DNA from: Planctomycetota bacterium
Lineage (GTDB): Bacteria > Planctomycetota > MHYJ01 > WSZJ01
Reading direction: 5' to 3'
DNA: 64,000 nt
NCBI GenBank assembly: GCA_038060895.1
Contig: JBBTCT010000031.1
Coordinates: 52,486-116,485, forward strand
Under the pieces are notes generated by a model. The model saw only the letters and a list, made by a program, of their open reading frames with translations. It did not search any database and was not told where the DNA came from. A program made the position numbers and the translations under genes. Positions 1 to 9,657 of this stretch are shown one piece after another (the first letter of the stretch is position 1; each line of letters opens with the position of its first letter).

Positions 1-441
1 CACTTCCTGCTGCGCCACTCCCTTGTTGGTCAGCTCGATCACGTCCTTCACCATCTGGACGAGCTTCCAGCGCTGGAAGGGCTTCGCGAGCACTCCATAC
101 ACCCCATAGAAGAACGGCCGCGGCGTGTTCTCGATCACCGCGCGCGCCGTCAGCATGATCACCGGCAGGCCCGCGGTCTTCGTGTCCTGCTTCAGGATCT
201 CGTACACCTGGTAGCCGTTCAGGCCGGGCATCATCACGTCGAGAATCATCACGTCCACACCGCCGCGCTTCGCCATCTCAATCCCCTGCTCGGGGCTCGT
301 CGTCGTCTTGACGAGGTAGCCTTCCTCCTCGAGGAAGAACTTGATGATGTTGAGGATCTTCACCGTGTCGTCGACCACCAGGATCGTCTTCTGGGGGCGG
401 AACGGCGTGATCGCGGTTTCTTCGGGGGGTTTCTGGTTCAT
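1..441 (-). CDS. Response regulator receiver protein (3' end runs off window)
   Basis: Manual translation from ATG at 441: MNQKPPEE...TILVVDD...VMILDVMMPGLNG...VIMLTAR...LAKPF, the canonical receiver DD/D/T/K motifs. Start overlaps the upstream stop (ATGA). Confidence 0.9.
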   Translation of the reverse strand, partial: MNQKPPEETAITPFRPQKTILVVDDTVKILNIIKFFLEEEGYLVKTTTSPEQGIEMAKRGGVDVMILDVMMPGLNGYQVYEILKQDTKTAGLPVIMLTARAVIENTPRPFFYGVYGVLAKPFQRWKLVQMVKDVIELTNKGVAQQEV

Positions 442-2033
442 CGGCGGCGGGGCCGCGCGGCGAGCCAGGAGAGGATGAGAAGCGCGAGTCCTGCAAGCGC
501 TCCCCCGGCCGGCGGAACGGTTCTTTCGGAAAGTATCACGTTCTTCGTCGGAAGGTCAAGACGCGGGGAAGCGGGCGATGCGGGGGAAGCCGCTTCCGCG
601 AGCTCGCGCGCATCTTCGAGATTGACGGCAACGGGCGCGCCGTTGTGAAGGAACAGTCCCGCGCGAAAGAACGGCTTTGGTCCGTGGCGATCGGGAAGCG
701 AGTCTCCCGTTGAAATCATGTTTCCGGCGGACGGACGGAAGCGCCGCGCGACGTCGGCCCAGAAGAGCGGGAAGGAGACGAGCCGCGGCCAGTTGGAATT
801 CGGAGCGGACGGATCGAAGGCGACGACGACGGTGCCGTCGCACAGGTAGATGAGAGAGTCGACGAGCATGACGGGCGGTTTCAGGAACCGGAGTTTGCGT
901 GCCCGCGACACCTGCAGTTTCGACAGGTCGGCGGCGGCGGCGACTTTCACGAGTGGTTCGGTCAGGTCCGGGATGCGCGTTTCGGCCGGGGTGATCTCGC
1001 CCTCGACCTCGAACAGTCCCGCGACGCCTTTCGGCGGATCGATGATGACGGCGGCTCCGCGGGGCGCCGCGGCGGGGACGACCCCGATCCAGATCGATGG
1101 CGACCCTCCCAGTTCGGGCTTGAGACCCGCGCCTTCGAGCGCGCGGCGAAGCGCCGGAAAGTCGCGGCCGGAAATCCCGACGGGAGCGCCCTCGCTGGAA
1201 GCGGCCCAGAAGCGAGCGTTGTTCGACTCGAAGCCGTCGGGCCGCTCGATCTCAACCGACGCAGTTTTCGCCGCACCGGCGGGACGCCGCAGGAGCGCCC
1301 GACCGCCTGGGGATGACGTGAGCTCGACCGACTCGGATTCCTCGCCGACGCGGACGGTGACACGGACGGACTCACCACGCACCACCGCGAAGAGCTCGCC
1401 GTCGGCGACAAACAGCGCTTCCACGGCATGCGTATCCGCTCCCCCGGTGTGCACGCGCCACGTCGCGACTTCCGCCGGGCCCGGATGGCTCCCGAAAGCC
1501 GCGACGACGTCGTCGCCCGCGAAGCGCGCGGCCGCGCCGGCGACGTCGCCGGGAGCGTCCGTCCAGCCTGCCTTGGAGAGCCTGTCCAGCGCTTCCGCCT
1601 TCGCCAGCCCGCGCCACTCCCCGAAGGGAACGAGGGCGAGGTCCACGACAGCGTCGCCGGGCAGTCCGCGAACGAACGACCCGGCCTCCGCGGCGATCTC
1701 ACGAAAGGCTCCGCGCGCGGACGCCGTCGCATCGACGACGACGCCGACGCGAATCGGTTCGGGGGCGAGCGTCCGGAACTTGAGCTTCGCGGCACCGACT
1801 GCGAAGACAACAACGCCCGCCATCGCCAGCCACAGCGCCGCGTCCGCGCGCCGCCGGTGCCGCGCCACCGCCGCCGGGTCCGGCACCGGAAGCCGCTTCC
1901 ACAACAGAAGGCTTGGCCACTCGACGTCGCGCGGGCGGCGGCGCGCGCGATGCCACCACCAGAGGAGCGGGAGGGCCGCGAACGCGGCGAGGGCCCAGGG
2001 GTAGGCGGCGCTCAACAGACCGCCTCGGCCCAT
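438..2033 (-). CDS. BatA-like N-terminal/vWA-type membrane protein
   Basis: N-terminal TM then 'RPRDVEWPSLLLW', MIDAS-like 'VVDATAS', 'DGFESNNAR', 'SNWPRLVSFPLFW' and a C-terminal TM; adjacent to DUF58. Confidence 0.7.
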   Translation of the reverse strand: MGRGGLLSAAYPWALAAFAALPLLWWWHRARRRPRDVEWPSLLLWKRLPVPDPAAVARHRRRADAALWLAMAGVVVFAVGAAKLKFRTLAPEPIRVGVVVDATASARGAFREIAAEAGSFVRGLPGDAVVDLALVPFGEWRGLAKAEALDRLSKAGWTDAPGDVAGAAARFAGDDVVAAFGSHPGPAEVATWRVHTGGADTHAVEALFVADGELFAVVRGESVRVTVRVGEESESVELTSSPGGRALLRRPAGAAKTASVEIERPDGFESNNARFWAASSEGAPVGISGRDFPALRRALEGAGLKPELGGSPSIWIGVVPAAAPRGAAVIIDPPKGVAGLFEVEGEITPAETRIPDLTEPLVKVAAAADLSKLQVSRARKLRFLKPPVMLVDSLIYLCDGTVVVAFDPSAPNSNWPRLVSFPLFWADVARRFRPSAGNMISTGDSLPDRHGPKPFFRAGLFLHNGAPVAVNLEDARELAEAASPASPASPRLDLPTKNVILSERTVPPAGGALAGLALLILSWLAARPRRR

Positions 2034-2848
2034 TCGGCCAGCGGCGCGCCGGCCGCGAGGCGGATGTAGGCAATGCCGTGCGAAGCGCAGAGCGTGCGCC
2101 AGTTGCCGGCGAAGTCCTCGAGCGCCCTGGAGTAGGAAGCGGCGGTCGCGTCGTCGAAGAGGACTTCGCGAATCTCACCCGTTTCGGCATCGCGGAGCCG
2201 CAGCAGACCTTCGGGCGGGTGGGCTTCCTCGGAAGCCACGACGTGAACGACTGTAACGGCATGGCCGTGTACGCGGAGAGCGACAAGCGCGGGACCTGCG
2301 GATTCCTCCTCGAGCAGGTCACTGACGAAGAGGATGCGGCCGCGGCGGGCGTGAAGGAGCGTCTTGGCGGCTGCGAGGCCGCCGCCGGCGCCGGCCGTGC
2401 CGATCGACTCGACGTGCCGGTCGAGCTCCGGGATGTCCTTGGGGTTGCCGAAGCCGCGTGGCTCGAGCGCCTTCCCGGCCGCGAATGCCGCGAGGCGTGT
2501 CTGGTCTCCCTGGAGAAGGGCCACGACGGCCGCCGCAGCGGCAACGCGCTTCGCCGTCAGCGACTTGCCCCACGGCGCCATCGAGGCCGAGGCGTCGAGA
2601 AGTACGGCGAGAGTCCCTTCGACCTCTTCCCGGAACTCGCGAATGACGAGGTTCTCAGTCCGGGCGTAGGCGGCCCAGTCGATCGTCCGCGGGTCGTCGC
2701 CGGACACGTACCCTCGATGCCCCTCGAACTGGCTCCCAGCTCCCTTGCGAGCGCCCGGCCTCGCCCCGCCGGGCGCGCCGGGGGCGGAGGAGCGCCGCGC
2801 CGCGGCGAGCGCGGCGAGCCTGGCCAGGTCGGTGGAGGAGAGGAGCAT
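2012..2848 (-). CDS. DUF58 family protein (MoxR-associated vWA-like)
   Basis: 'GSQFEGHRGYVSGDDPRTIDWAAYARTENLVIREFREE', 'LLDASASM', 'FVSDLL'; start trimmed to ATG 2848. Confidence 0.9.
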   Translation of the reverse strand: MLLSSTDLARLAALAAARRSSAPGAPGGARPGARKGAGSQFEGHRGYVSGDDPRTIDWAAYARTENLVIREFREEVEGTLAVLLDASASMAPWGKSLTAKRVAAAAAVVALLQGDQTRLAAFAAGKALEPRGFGNPKDIPELDRHVESIGTAGAGGGLAAAKTLLHARRGRILFVSDLLEEESAGPALVALRVHGHAVTVVHVVASEEAHPPEGLLRLRDAETGEIREVLFDDATAASYSRALEDFAGNWRTLCASHGIAYIRLAAGAPLAEWAEAVC

Positions 2849-2999
2849 GTGAAGCGGAATGCAGTCCGCCTCTTCTATAACGGCGCCGCCGGACCGCTGG
2901 CTTGAGTCAAATGGGCCCCGATTCCTTGACCAACTTCCGACAGCCCCCATAGAATCCCGCCCCGAACCGCGCACCGGCCTCTTCGACGGAAACCAAAGC

Positions 3000-3449
3000 A
3001 TGCGCTACGATTACGTCGGCGTCCTCATCTACATGGTGCTGGCCGTCGGCTTCGTCCTGATCGGCATGACCGCGCAGAAATACGTCTCAAAGTTCCTGCG
3101 CACCAACAAGCCCAACGCAGAGAAACTCTCGCCCTATGAGTGCGGCGAAGAGCCCGTCGGCGGGACGTCGATCCGGTTCAATATCCGCTTCTACGTGATG
3201 GCGCTGGTCTTCATCGTTTTCGACGTGGAAGTCGTGCTTCTCTTCCCGTGGGCGCGCGTCTTCACGGAGCTTTACCCCTTCTACCGAATGGCCCTGTTCT
3301 GGGACATGCTCATCTTCGTGGGCATCCTGTCGCTGGGGCTGGCGTACATCTGGGGGAAGGGCGACCTGGAGTGGGTGAAGTCGTTCCGGAAGCATCTTTC
3401 GCCGGCGGAGCAGGTGGCGCGCAAGCCTTCGAAGAAGGAGGCGGCGTAG
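3000..3449 (+). CDS. nuoA: NADH-quinone oxidoreductase subunit A
   Basis: 'KLSPYECGEEP', 'FYVMALVFIVFDVEVVLLFPWA', 'WGKGDLEW'. Confidence 0.95.
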   Translation: MRYDYVGVLIYMVLAVGFVLIGMTAQKYVSKFLRTNKPNAEKLSPYECGEEPVGGTSIRFNIRFYVMALVFIVFDVEVVLLFPWARVFTELYPFYRMALFWDMLIFVGILSLGLAYIWGKGDLEWVKSFRKHLSPAEQVARKPSKKEAA

Positions 3450-4712
3450 GTGCATCCGCTTCTTAACTTTGCGCACGACGTCCTGCCGTTCACGAAGAAC
3501 TGGCCGGATTGGATCCTGTACGGGTCCCTGGTGTTCATCGTGGCGTTCGGCATCCTGAATACGCTGGTGGCGCCGCTGACGGGGATCAGCACCTACATCG
3601 AGCGGCGGCTGGCCGGGCGCGCGCAGTACCGGTGGGGCCCGAACCGGGTGGGATTCCGCAGCATGCTCGACGCGTTGCCGATCACGCGCGGGATCGCGAA
3701 GCTCGGGGACATGCAGCCGTTCAAGTTCATCGGGTCGAAGATCCCGGGCGGGCTGCTGCAGTTCGCGGCGGACGGGCTGAAGCTGTTCACCAAGGAAGAC
3801 ATCATCCCGGCGCAGGCGGACCAGCTCCTGTTTCGCGGCGCGCCCTACGTGATCCTGGCCGGGTCGTTCGCGGCGTTCGCCGTGCTCCCGGTTTCGTTCC
3901 ACTTCCGCGCCGTCAACCTCAACATCGGCATCTTCTACATTCTCGGGATCAGCTCGATCGTGGTGCCGGGAATTCTCATGGCGGGCTGGGGAAGCGCGAA
4001 CAAGTGGGCGCTGCTCGGCGGGATGCGGGCTGCGGCGCAGATCATCTCGTACGAAATCCCGGTCGCCATCGCGCTCATGACCGCGGTGATGCTCGCCGGC
4101 ACGATGAACATGGCGGACATCGTGGAGACGCAGCGAAGCGGGTACGGGATGGAGAAGGCCGGGATGCTGGGGTGGTATGCGTTCCGGTACGGCGGGCTGA
4201 TGCTGGTGCCGTTCGTGATCTATTTCATCGGCGGCTGTGCCGAGGTGAACCGGACGCCGTTCGACCTGGTTGAAGGCGAGTCGGAGCTGGTCGCCGGGTA
4301 CCACACGGAGTACTCGGGCTTCCGCTGGTCGTTCTTCTTCATGGCGGAGTACTCGAACATGTTCGCGGTCGGCGCGATCGCGACGACGATGTTCCTCGGG
4401 GGGCCGCTTCCGCCGTATCCGGTGCAGTTCACGGAAAGCCTGTTCGGGCCGATGGGGAATCTCGGCATGGTCCTGCGCTTCGGCGAAGGGTTCTTCTGGT
4501 TCTTCGCCAAGTCGTACTTTTTCGTCCTCCTGATGATCCACATGCGGTGGACCCTGCCTCGTTACCGCATTGACCAGATGATGCACCTCTGCTGGAAGGT
4601 GCTGATCCCGATCGGCCTGGTGTGGTTCGTGCTGATGTGCGGGGTCAAGATGGTGCGGATGGAAATGGCGCTGCCGCCGGAAAAGGACGCCGTGGCGGAG
4701 GTGCACAAATGA
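3450..4712 (+). CDS. nuoH: NADH-quinone oxidoreductase subunit H
   Basis: 'ERRLAGRAQYRWGPNRVG', 'ADGLKLFTKE', 'NRTPFDLVEGESELVAGYHTEYSG', 'TLPRYRIDQ'. Confidence 0.96.
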   Translation: MHPLLNFAHDVLPFTKNWPDWILYGSLVFIVAFGILNTLVAPLTGISTYIERRLAGRAQYRWGPNRVGFRSMLDALPITRGIAKLGDMQPFKFIGSKIPGGLLQFAADGLKLFTKEDIIPAQADQLLFRGAPYVILAGSFAAFAVLPVSFHFRAVNLNIGIFYILGISSIVVPGILMAGWGSANKWALLGGMRAAAQIISYEIPVAIALMTAVMLAGTMNMADIVETQRSGYGMEKAGMLGWYAFRYGGLMLVPFVIYFIGGCAEVNRTPFDLVEGESELVAGYHTEYSGFRWSFFFMAEYSNMFAVGAIATTMFLGGPLPPYPVQFTESLFGPMGNLGMVLRFGEGFFWFFAKSYFFVLLMIHMRWTLPRYRIDQMMHLCWKVLIPIGLVWFVLMCGVKMVRMEMALPPEKDAVAEVHK

Positions 4713-5236
4713 TCGCGATCCTCGGGATCAAGCTGGGCGACCCGGCCGCCTGGGTCTTCCTCGCTTTCGCGGCGGTGACGTGCGCCAGCGCGCTGGTCGT
4801 GGCGGCGTCGCGCAACATCATCTACAGCGCCTACGCGCTTCTCCTTACGTTCTTCGGCGTCGCAGGGCTTTACGCGTTCCTCGACGCGGACTTCATCGCG
4901 GCGGCCCAGCTGCTCGTCTACGTCGGCGGCATCCTCGTCCTGATCCTGTTCGGCGTGATGCTCACCCACAAGATCCGCGAAATCAAACTGTCCAACGAGA
5001 CCACGAACCCGATCGTCGGCGCGGCCATCGCCGGGTTCGTCTTCCTCGCGCTCGCCTACGTCTCCCTCTACACGAACTGGGACGTCGTGGACCGCCCGGC
5101 CTCGCCGACCACCGGTGAAATCGGCAAGGCCTTCGTCGGGAAGTACCTGCTGCCCTTCGAAGCGTCCTCCGTCCTCCTCCTCGGCGCGCTGATCGGCGCC
5201 GCGTACCTCGCGCGCCGCGACAAGGAGAAGGCCTGA
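4709..5236 (+). CDS. nuoJ: NADH-quinone oxidoreductase subunit J
   Basis: 'AAQLLVYVGGILVLILFGVML', 'YLLPFEASSVLLL'; ATGA overlap with nuoH. Confidence 0.93.
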   Translation: MIAILGIKLGDPAAWVFLAFAAVTCASALVVAASRNIIYSAYALLLTFFGVAGLYAFLDADFIAAAQLLVYVGGILVLILFGVMLTHKIREIKLSNETTNPIVGAAIAGFVFLALAYVSLYTNWDVVDRPASPTTGEIGKAFVGKYLLPFEASSVLLLGALIGAAYLARRDKEKA

Positions 5237-5622
5237 TGCCCGTCGCCAACCTCGAGTGGTTCCTGCTCATCGGCGCGTTCCTCTTCGCGACCGGCGTCTT
5301 CACGATCCTGACGCGGAAAAACGCAGTCTCCGTGCTCATGGGCGTCGAGCTCGTCCTCAACAGCGCCAACATCAACCTCGTCGCGTTCTCCCGCTTCGTG
5401 AAAGCCCCCCCGACGCTGGGACCGACCTCGATTGAATTCCCGCTTCAGGGGGAAGCGGCGCACCACGTCTACGGCGCGGCGTGGATCGGCGGGAACGTCT
5501 TTGCGGCCTTCGTCATCATCCTCGCGGCTGCGGAAGCCGCGGTGGCGCTCGCGATCATCCTGGGGATCTACCGGAACCTCGGCGACGTGGACGTGGACGA
5601 GGTGACGGCGATGAAGGGCTAA
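5236..5622 (+). CDS. nuoK: NADH-quinone oxidoreductase subunit K
   Basis: 'LMGVELVLNSANINLVAF', 'AAAEAAVALAI'; carries an extended loop insertion. Confidence 0.95.
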   Translation: MPVANLEWFLLIGAFLFATGVFTILTRKNAVSVLMGVELVLNSANINLVAFSRFVKAPPTLGPTSIEFPLQGEAAHHVYGAAWIGGNVFAAFVIILAAAEAAVALAIILGIYRNLGDVDVDEVTAMKG

Positions 5623-8106
5623 ATGAGCCACGGTCACGACGATCACGGTCATCCGCCTGCGCCTCACGGGGGCTCCGGCGGACATGCCGCCCACGGGGCG
5701 GGGGGACACGGTGCGTCCGGCCATGACGATCACGGCCATGGCGGCGGGCACGGCGGCGCGACCCATTTTCAGCCCGCCGGCTGGTCGATCGGCCTGGTCG
5801 TCTTCTGCGCGGCGATCGCGCTCGGCGGGTTCTTCTTCAACCTCGGGCGCACCGGCCACTTCCTGATCGGCTCGACAGCGATCGACCTCAACAACCTCTT
5901 CGATACGCCCTGGCCCGCGCTCACCGTGCTCTGCCTGCCGCTTCTCGCGGCGTTCGTGCAGATCTTCTTCGGCCGCAAGCTGCCCCGGCGGGGCGACTGG
6001 GTTTCGACGGGCGCGGTCGCCGTCGGGCTTGCGATCTCGCTCCTGATGTTCGGGCGGATGATCGGGATCTACGACTGGCAGTTCAGCAGGACCTTCCAGA
6101 TCGACTGGGTCATGCTGTTCAGCCGCGTCAATCCGGGTGAAGCCGACGTTCCGACGTTCAGGATCCCGATGGGGATCCTGGTGGACAACGTCACCGTGAT
6201 CATGCTCGTCGTGGTCACGCTGGTGTCCACGCTGGTGCACATCTTCTCGATGGGGTACATGGCGGACGATCCGCGCTACTCGCGATTCTTCGCGTACCTC
6301 TCGATCTTCACGTTCTCGATGCTCGGGCTGATCCTCTGCAACAACATCTTCGCGCTCTACATGTTCTGGGAGCTGGTCGGCCTCTCGAGCTACCTGCTGA
6401 TCGGGTTCTGGTTTGAAAAGAAGTCCGCGGGGGATGCGCAGAAGAAGGCGTTCCTGGCCAACCGCGTCGGCGACATCGGGATGTTCCTCGGCATCCTCAC
6501 GTTCTTCTTCTTCACGGGCGAAGCGACCTACCAGGGGATCTTCGACAGCGTCGCGGGCGGGTCGTTCACCGGCCACATCGGGCTCCTCACCGCCGCAGGC
6601 TGCCTGCTCTTTTGCGGCGCCATCGGCAAGTCGGCCCAGTTCCCGCTTCACGTCTGGCTTCCCGACGCCATGGAAGGCCCGACGCCCGTCTCCGCGCTGA
6701 TCCACGCGGCCACCATGGTCGCCGCCGGCGTCTACCTCGTGACGCGCATGTTCCCCGTCTTCACGCCCGACGCGCTCATCGTCATCGCCTGGTTCGGCGG
6801 CTTCACCGCCATCTTCGCCGCCACCATCGCCCTCTGCGCCAACGACATCAAGAAGGTCCTCGCCTACTCCACCGTGTCCCAGCTCGGCTACATGATCATG
6901 GGCCTCGGCGCCGCCGCGTACACCAACGGCTTCTTTCACCTCTGGACCCACGCGTTCTTCAAGGCGTGCCTCTTCCTCGGGTCCGGAAGCGTCATCCACG
7001 CGGTGCACACGCAGGACATGCGCGAGATGGGCGGACTGCGGAAGAAGATGCCGATCACGTTCTGGGCGATGTTCGTCTCGACGTGGGCGATCGCCGGCAT
7101 CCCCGGCACCAGCGGCTTTACGTCCAAGGACGGCATCCTCGGCGACCTGCTCTTCGCGGCTCACCACAACGCCGCGCTCTGGCCCGTCGTCATCTTCGGC
7201 TTCCTCGGGGCCGGCCTCACGGCGTTCTACATGTTCCGCCTCATCTTCATGACCTTCTTCGGCAAGCCGGCGGTGCAGGAGAAGTTCGACCACGCCCACG
7301 AATCGCCCTGGGTCATGGCGGCGCCTCTCATTGTCCTGGGCGCCCTCGCGCTCACCTCTGACAAAGGCGGCTGGTTCCAGGATCTCGTCGGCCCGCCGCC
7401 ATCCGCCGCAAAGCAGGCCCTCAAGCTCGCCGGCGTCAAAGTCCACGAACCCGCGGCGCACGGGGCGCACGCGGGCGAGGAACACGGAAGCCACGAGGCG
7501 ATCGCGCCCGCCGGCAAGCCCGACCCCGCAAAAGCCGAAGCGCCCGCCGCGGGCCGCCGGCCCTACAAGGATCCGCTCGAACACGAGAAGCACAGCTCAC
7601 ACAACTGGGCCATGGTCCTCTCCATCCTGGTCGCCACCGCCGGCATTTCTCTCTCTTACCTGACCTACCAGGCTCACGTGATTTCCGCCCCGAGGATCGC
7701 CGCCAGGCTCCCCTGGGCCCACCGCGTCCTGCTCAACAAGTACTACATCGACGAATTCATCCAGGATTACCTCGTCGTGCCCTGCCTCTCGCTCGCCCAC
7801 TCCTGCGCCCGCTTCGACCTCAAGGTCGTCGACTTCTTCGTCAACGCCTGGGGCCACGTCGTCGTGATGTGGGCCCGCGTCTCCAATGCGTTCGACCAGA
7901 AAGTCGTGGACGGCGCCGTCAACGGAACCGCGGACGTCGTCCAGTCCGCCGGAGCCTCGCTCTCGCGGTTCCAGACCGGCCGCATCAAAACCTACCTCGC
8001 ATGGTCCCTCGCCGGCGCGCTCCTGCTCGTCGGCGGGTTCCACCTCGTCTCGAACTGGAAACACTTCCGCAGCCGCCCCACGGCGGCCGTTGAGCCCGGC
8101 AAATAG
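5623..8106 (+). CDS. nuoL: NADH-quinone oxidoreductase subunit L, with His-rich N-terminal extension
   Basis: 'FWELVGLSSYLLIGFW', 'GKSAQFPLHVWLPDAMEGPTPVSALIHAATMVAAG', 'HAFFKACLFL'. Confidence 0.97.
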   Translation: MSHGHDDHGHPPAPHGGSGGHAAHGAGGHGASGHDDHGHGGGHGGATHFQPAGWSIGLVVFCAAIALGGFFFNLGRTGHFLIGSTAIDLNNLFDTPWPALTVLCLPLLAAFVQIFFGRKLPRRGDWVSTGAVAVGLAISLLMFGRMIGIYDWQFSRTFQIDWVMLFSRVNPGEADVPTFRIPMGILVDNVTVIMLVVVTLVSTLVHIFSMGYMADDPRYSRFFAYLSIFTFSMLGLILCNNIFALYMFWELVGLSSYLLIGFWFEKKSAGDAQKKAFLANRVGDIGMFLGILTFFFFTGEATYQGIFDSVAGGSFTGHIGLLTAAGCLLFCGAIGKSAQFPLHVWLPDAMEGPTPVSALIHAATMVAAGVYLVTRMFPVFTPDALIVIAWFGGFTAIFAATIALCANDIKKVLAYSTVSQLGYMIMGLGAAAYTNGFFHLWTHAFFKACLFLGSGSVIHAVHTQDMREMGGLRKKMPITFWAMFVSTWAIAGIPGTSGFTSKDGILGDLLFAAHHNAALWPVVIFGFLGAGLTAFYMFRLIFMTFFGKPAVQEKFDHAHESPWVMAAPLIVLGALALTSDKGGWFQDLVGPPPSAAKQALKLAGVKVHEPAAHGAHAGEEHGSHEAIAPAGKPDPAKAEAPAAGRRPYKDPLEHEKHSSHNWAMVLSILVATAGISLSYLTYQAHVISAPRIAARLPWAHRVLLNKYYIDEFIQDYLVVPCLSLAHSCARFDLKVVDFFVNAWGHVVVMWARVSNAFDQKVVDGAVNGTADVVQSAGASLSRFQTGRIKTYLAWSLAGALLLVGGFHLVSNWKHFRSRPTAAVEPGK

Positions 8107-8118
8107 GGAGTCCCGAAG

Positions 8119-9645
8119 GTGAACCACCTCCTGTCGCTCATGACGTTCGTCCCGCTCCTCGGGGCACTGATCATCCTGTGCCTCCCGAAGGGGAAGGACG
8201 AGCTGGTGAAGTGCATCGCGGCGTGTGCCGCGGGCGTGCCGCTCTTCCTGAGTTTCTTTCTCTGGAAGGGATTCGACCGCACGACCGCCTCGTTGCAGTT
8301 CGTCGAAAAGGCGGACTGGATCCCGATGTTCAACATCCAGTACTCGATGGGCGTCGACGGAATCTCGGTCATCATGGTGCTGCTCACCGCGCTGATCTCG
8401 TTCATTTGCATCTTCGCGAGCTGGGAGATCGGCAAGGGCGTGAAGGGCTATTTCGCGCTGTTCCTGCTGCTCGAAACGGGAATGATGGGCGTGTTCTGCG
8501 CGATGGACTTCTTCCTGTTCTACGTCTTCTGGGAAGTGATGCTCCTGCCGATGTACTTCCTGATCGGCATCTGGGGCGGCCCGCGCAAGGAGTACGCGGC
8601 TATCAAATTCTTCATGTACACGCTGGTCGGCAGCGTGCTGATGCTGGTCGTGATGCTGGTGTTCTACTTCAACGTCACCGACCCGGCGACCGGGAAGCAC
8701 ACGTTTGACCTGCTGGTGCTCCGCAACCAGGACGCCCGGAGCGGCTCGCTGATGCTCGAGGGGGTGCGCGATCTCTGCTTCCTCGCCCTGTTCGTCGGCT
8801 TTGCGATCAAGGTGCCGGTCTTCCCCTTCCATACGTGGTTGCCGGACGCGCACGTCGAAGCGCCGACCGCCATCTCCGTCATCCTGGCCGGCATCCTGCT
8901 GAAGATGGGCACCTACGGCCTCTTCCGGATCGCCTTCCCCCTCCTGCCCGACATGGCGAACAAGTACGCGACGTTCATCGGCGTGCTGGGGGTGATCAAC
9001 ATCGTGTACGGCGCACTCTGCGCGATGGCGCAGGACGACCTGAAGAAGATGGTCGCCTACTCGTCGGTCAGCCACATGGGCTACTGCCTGCTCGGCATGG
9101 GCGCGATGACGACGGCCGGGTTCAACGGCGCGATGATGCAGATGTTCGGCCACGGCCTCGTGACGTCGATGCTGTTCCTCTGCGTCGGCGTCATCTATGA
9201 GCGCGTCCACCACCGCTGGATCAGCCGCTTCGGCGGGCTCGCGACCATGGTCCCGGTCTACACCGGCTTCGTGACGTTCGCGTTCTTCGCGTCGCTCGGC
9301 CTCCCCGGCCTCGTCGGGTTCATCGGCGAAGCGATGTGCTTCATCGGCGGCTGGCAGAGCGTCAACCCGGTGTTCCAGAAACTCACGATCTTCGCAACGC
9401 TCGGCATCCTGCTCGGCGCCGCGTTCCACCTGTGGGCGCTTCAGCGGATGTTCCTCGGCGAGAAGAACAAGATCTACACCGAGCAGTACCACCACGTGAC
9501 CGAAATCAACGGCCGGGAGATCTTCTGCCTCATCCCGCTCGCGATCCTCGTCCTCGCGGCCGGCTGCTACCCGCAGCCGGTGTTCGACCTCATGAATGTC
9601 TCGATGTCGGAACTGCAGTCGTTCATCGCCCACTACCCGAAATAA
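8119..9645 (+). CDS. nuoM: NADH-quinone oxidoreductase subunit M
   Basis: 'FYVFWEVMLLPMYFLIGIWG', 'FAIKVPVFPFHTWLPDAHVEAPT', 'AYSSVSHMG'. Confidence 0.97.
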   Translation: MNHLLSLMTFVPLLGALIILCLPKGKDELVKCIAACAAGVPLFLSFFLWKGFDRTTASLQFVEKADWIPMFNIQYSMGVDGISVIMVLLTALISFICIFASWEIGKGVKGYFALFLLLETGMMGVFCAMDFFLFYVFWEVMLLPMYFLIGIWGGPRKEYAAIKFFMYTLVGSVLMLVVMLVFYFNVTDPATGKHTFDLLVLRNQDARSGSLMLEGVRDLCFLALFVGFAIKVPVFPFHTWLPDAHVEAPTAISVILAGILLKMGTYGLFRIAFPLLPDMANKYATFIGVLGVINIVYGALCAMAQDDLKKMVAYSSVSHMGYCLLGMGAMTTAGFNGAMMQMFGHGLVTSMLFLCVGVIYERVHHRWISRFGGLATMVPVYTGFVTFAFFASLGLPGLVGFIGEAMCFIGGWQSVNPVFQKLTIFATLGILLGAAFHLWALQRMFLGEKNKIYTEQYHHVTEINGREIFCLIPLAILVLAAGCYPQPVFDLMNVSMSELQSFIAHYPK

Positions 9646-9657
9646 GCGACCAAGACC

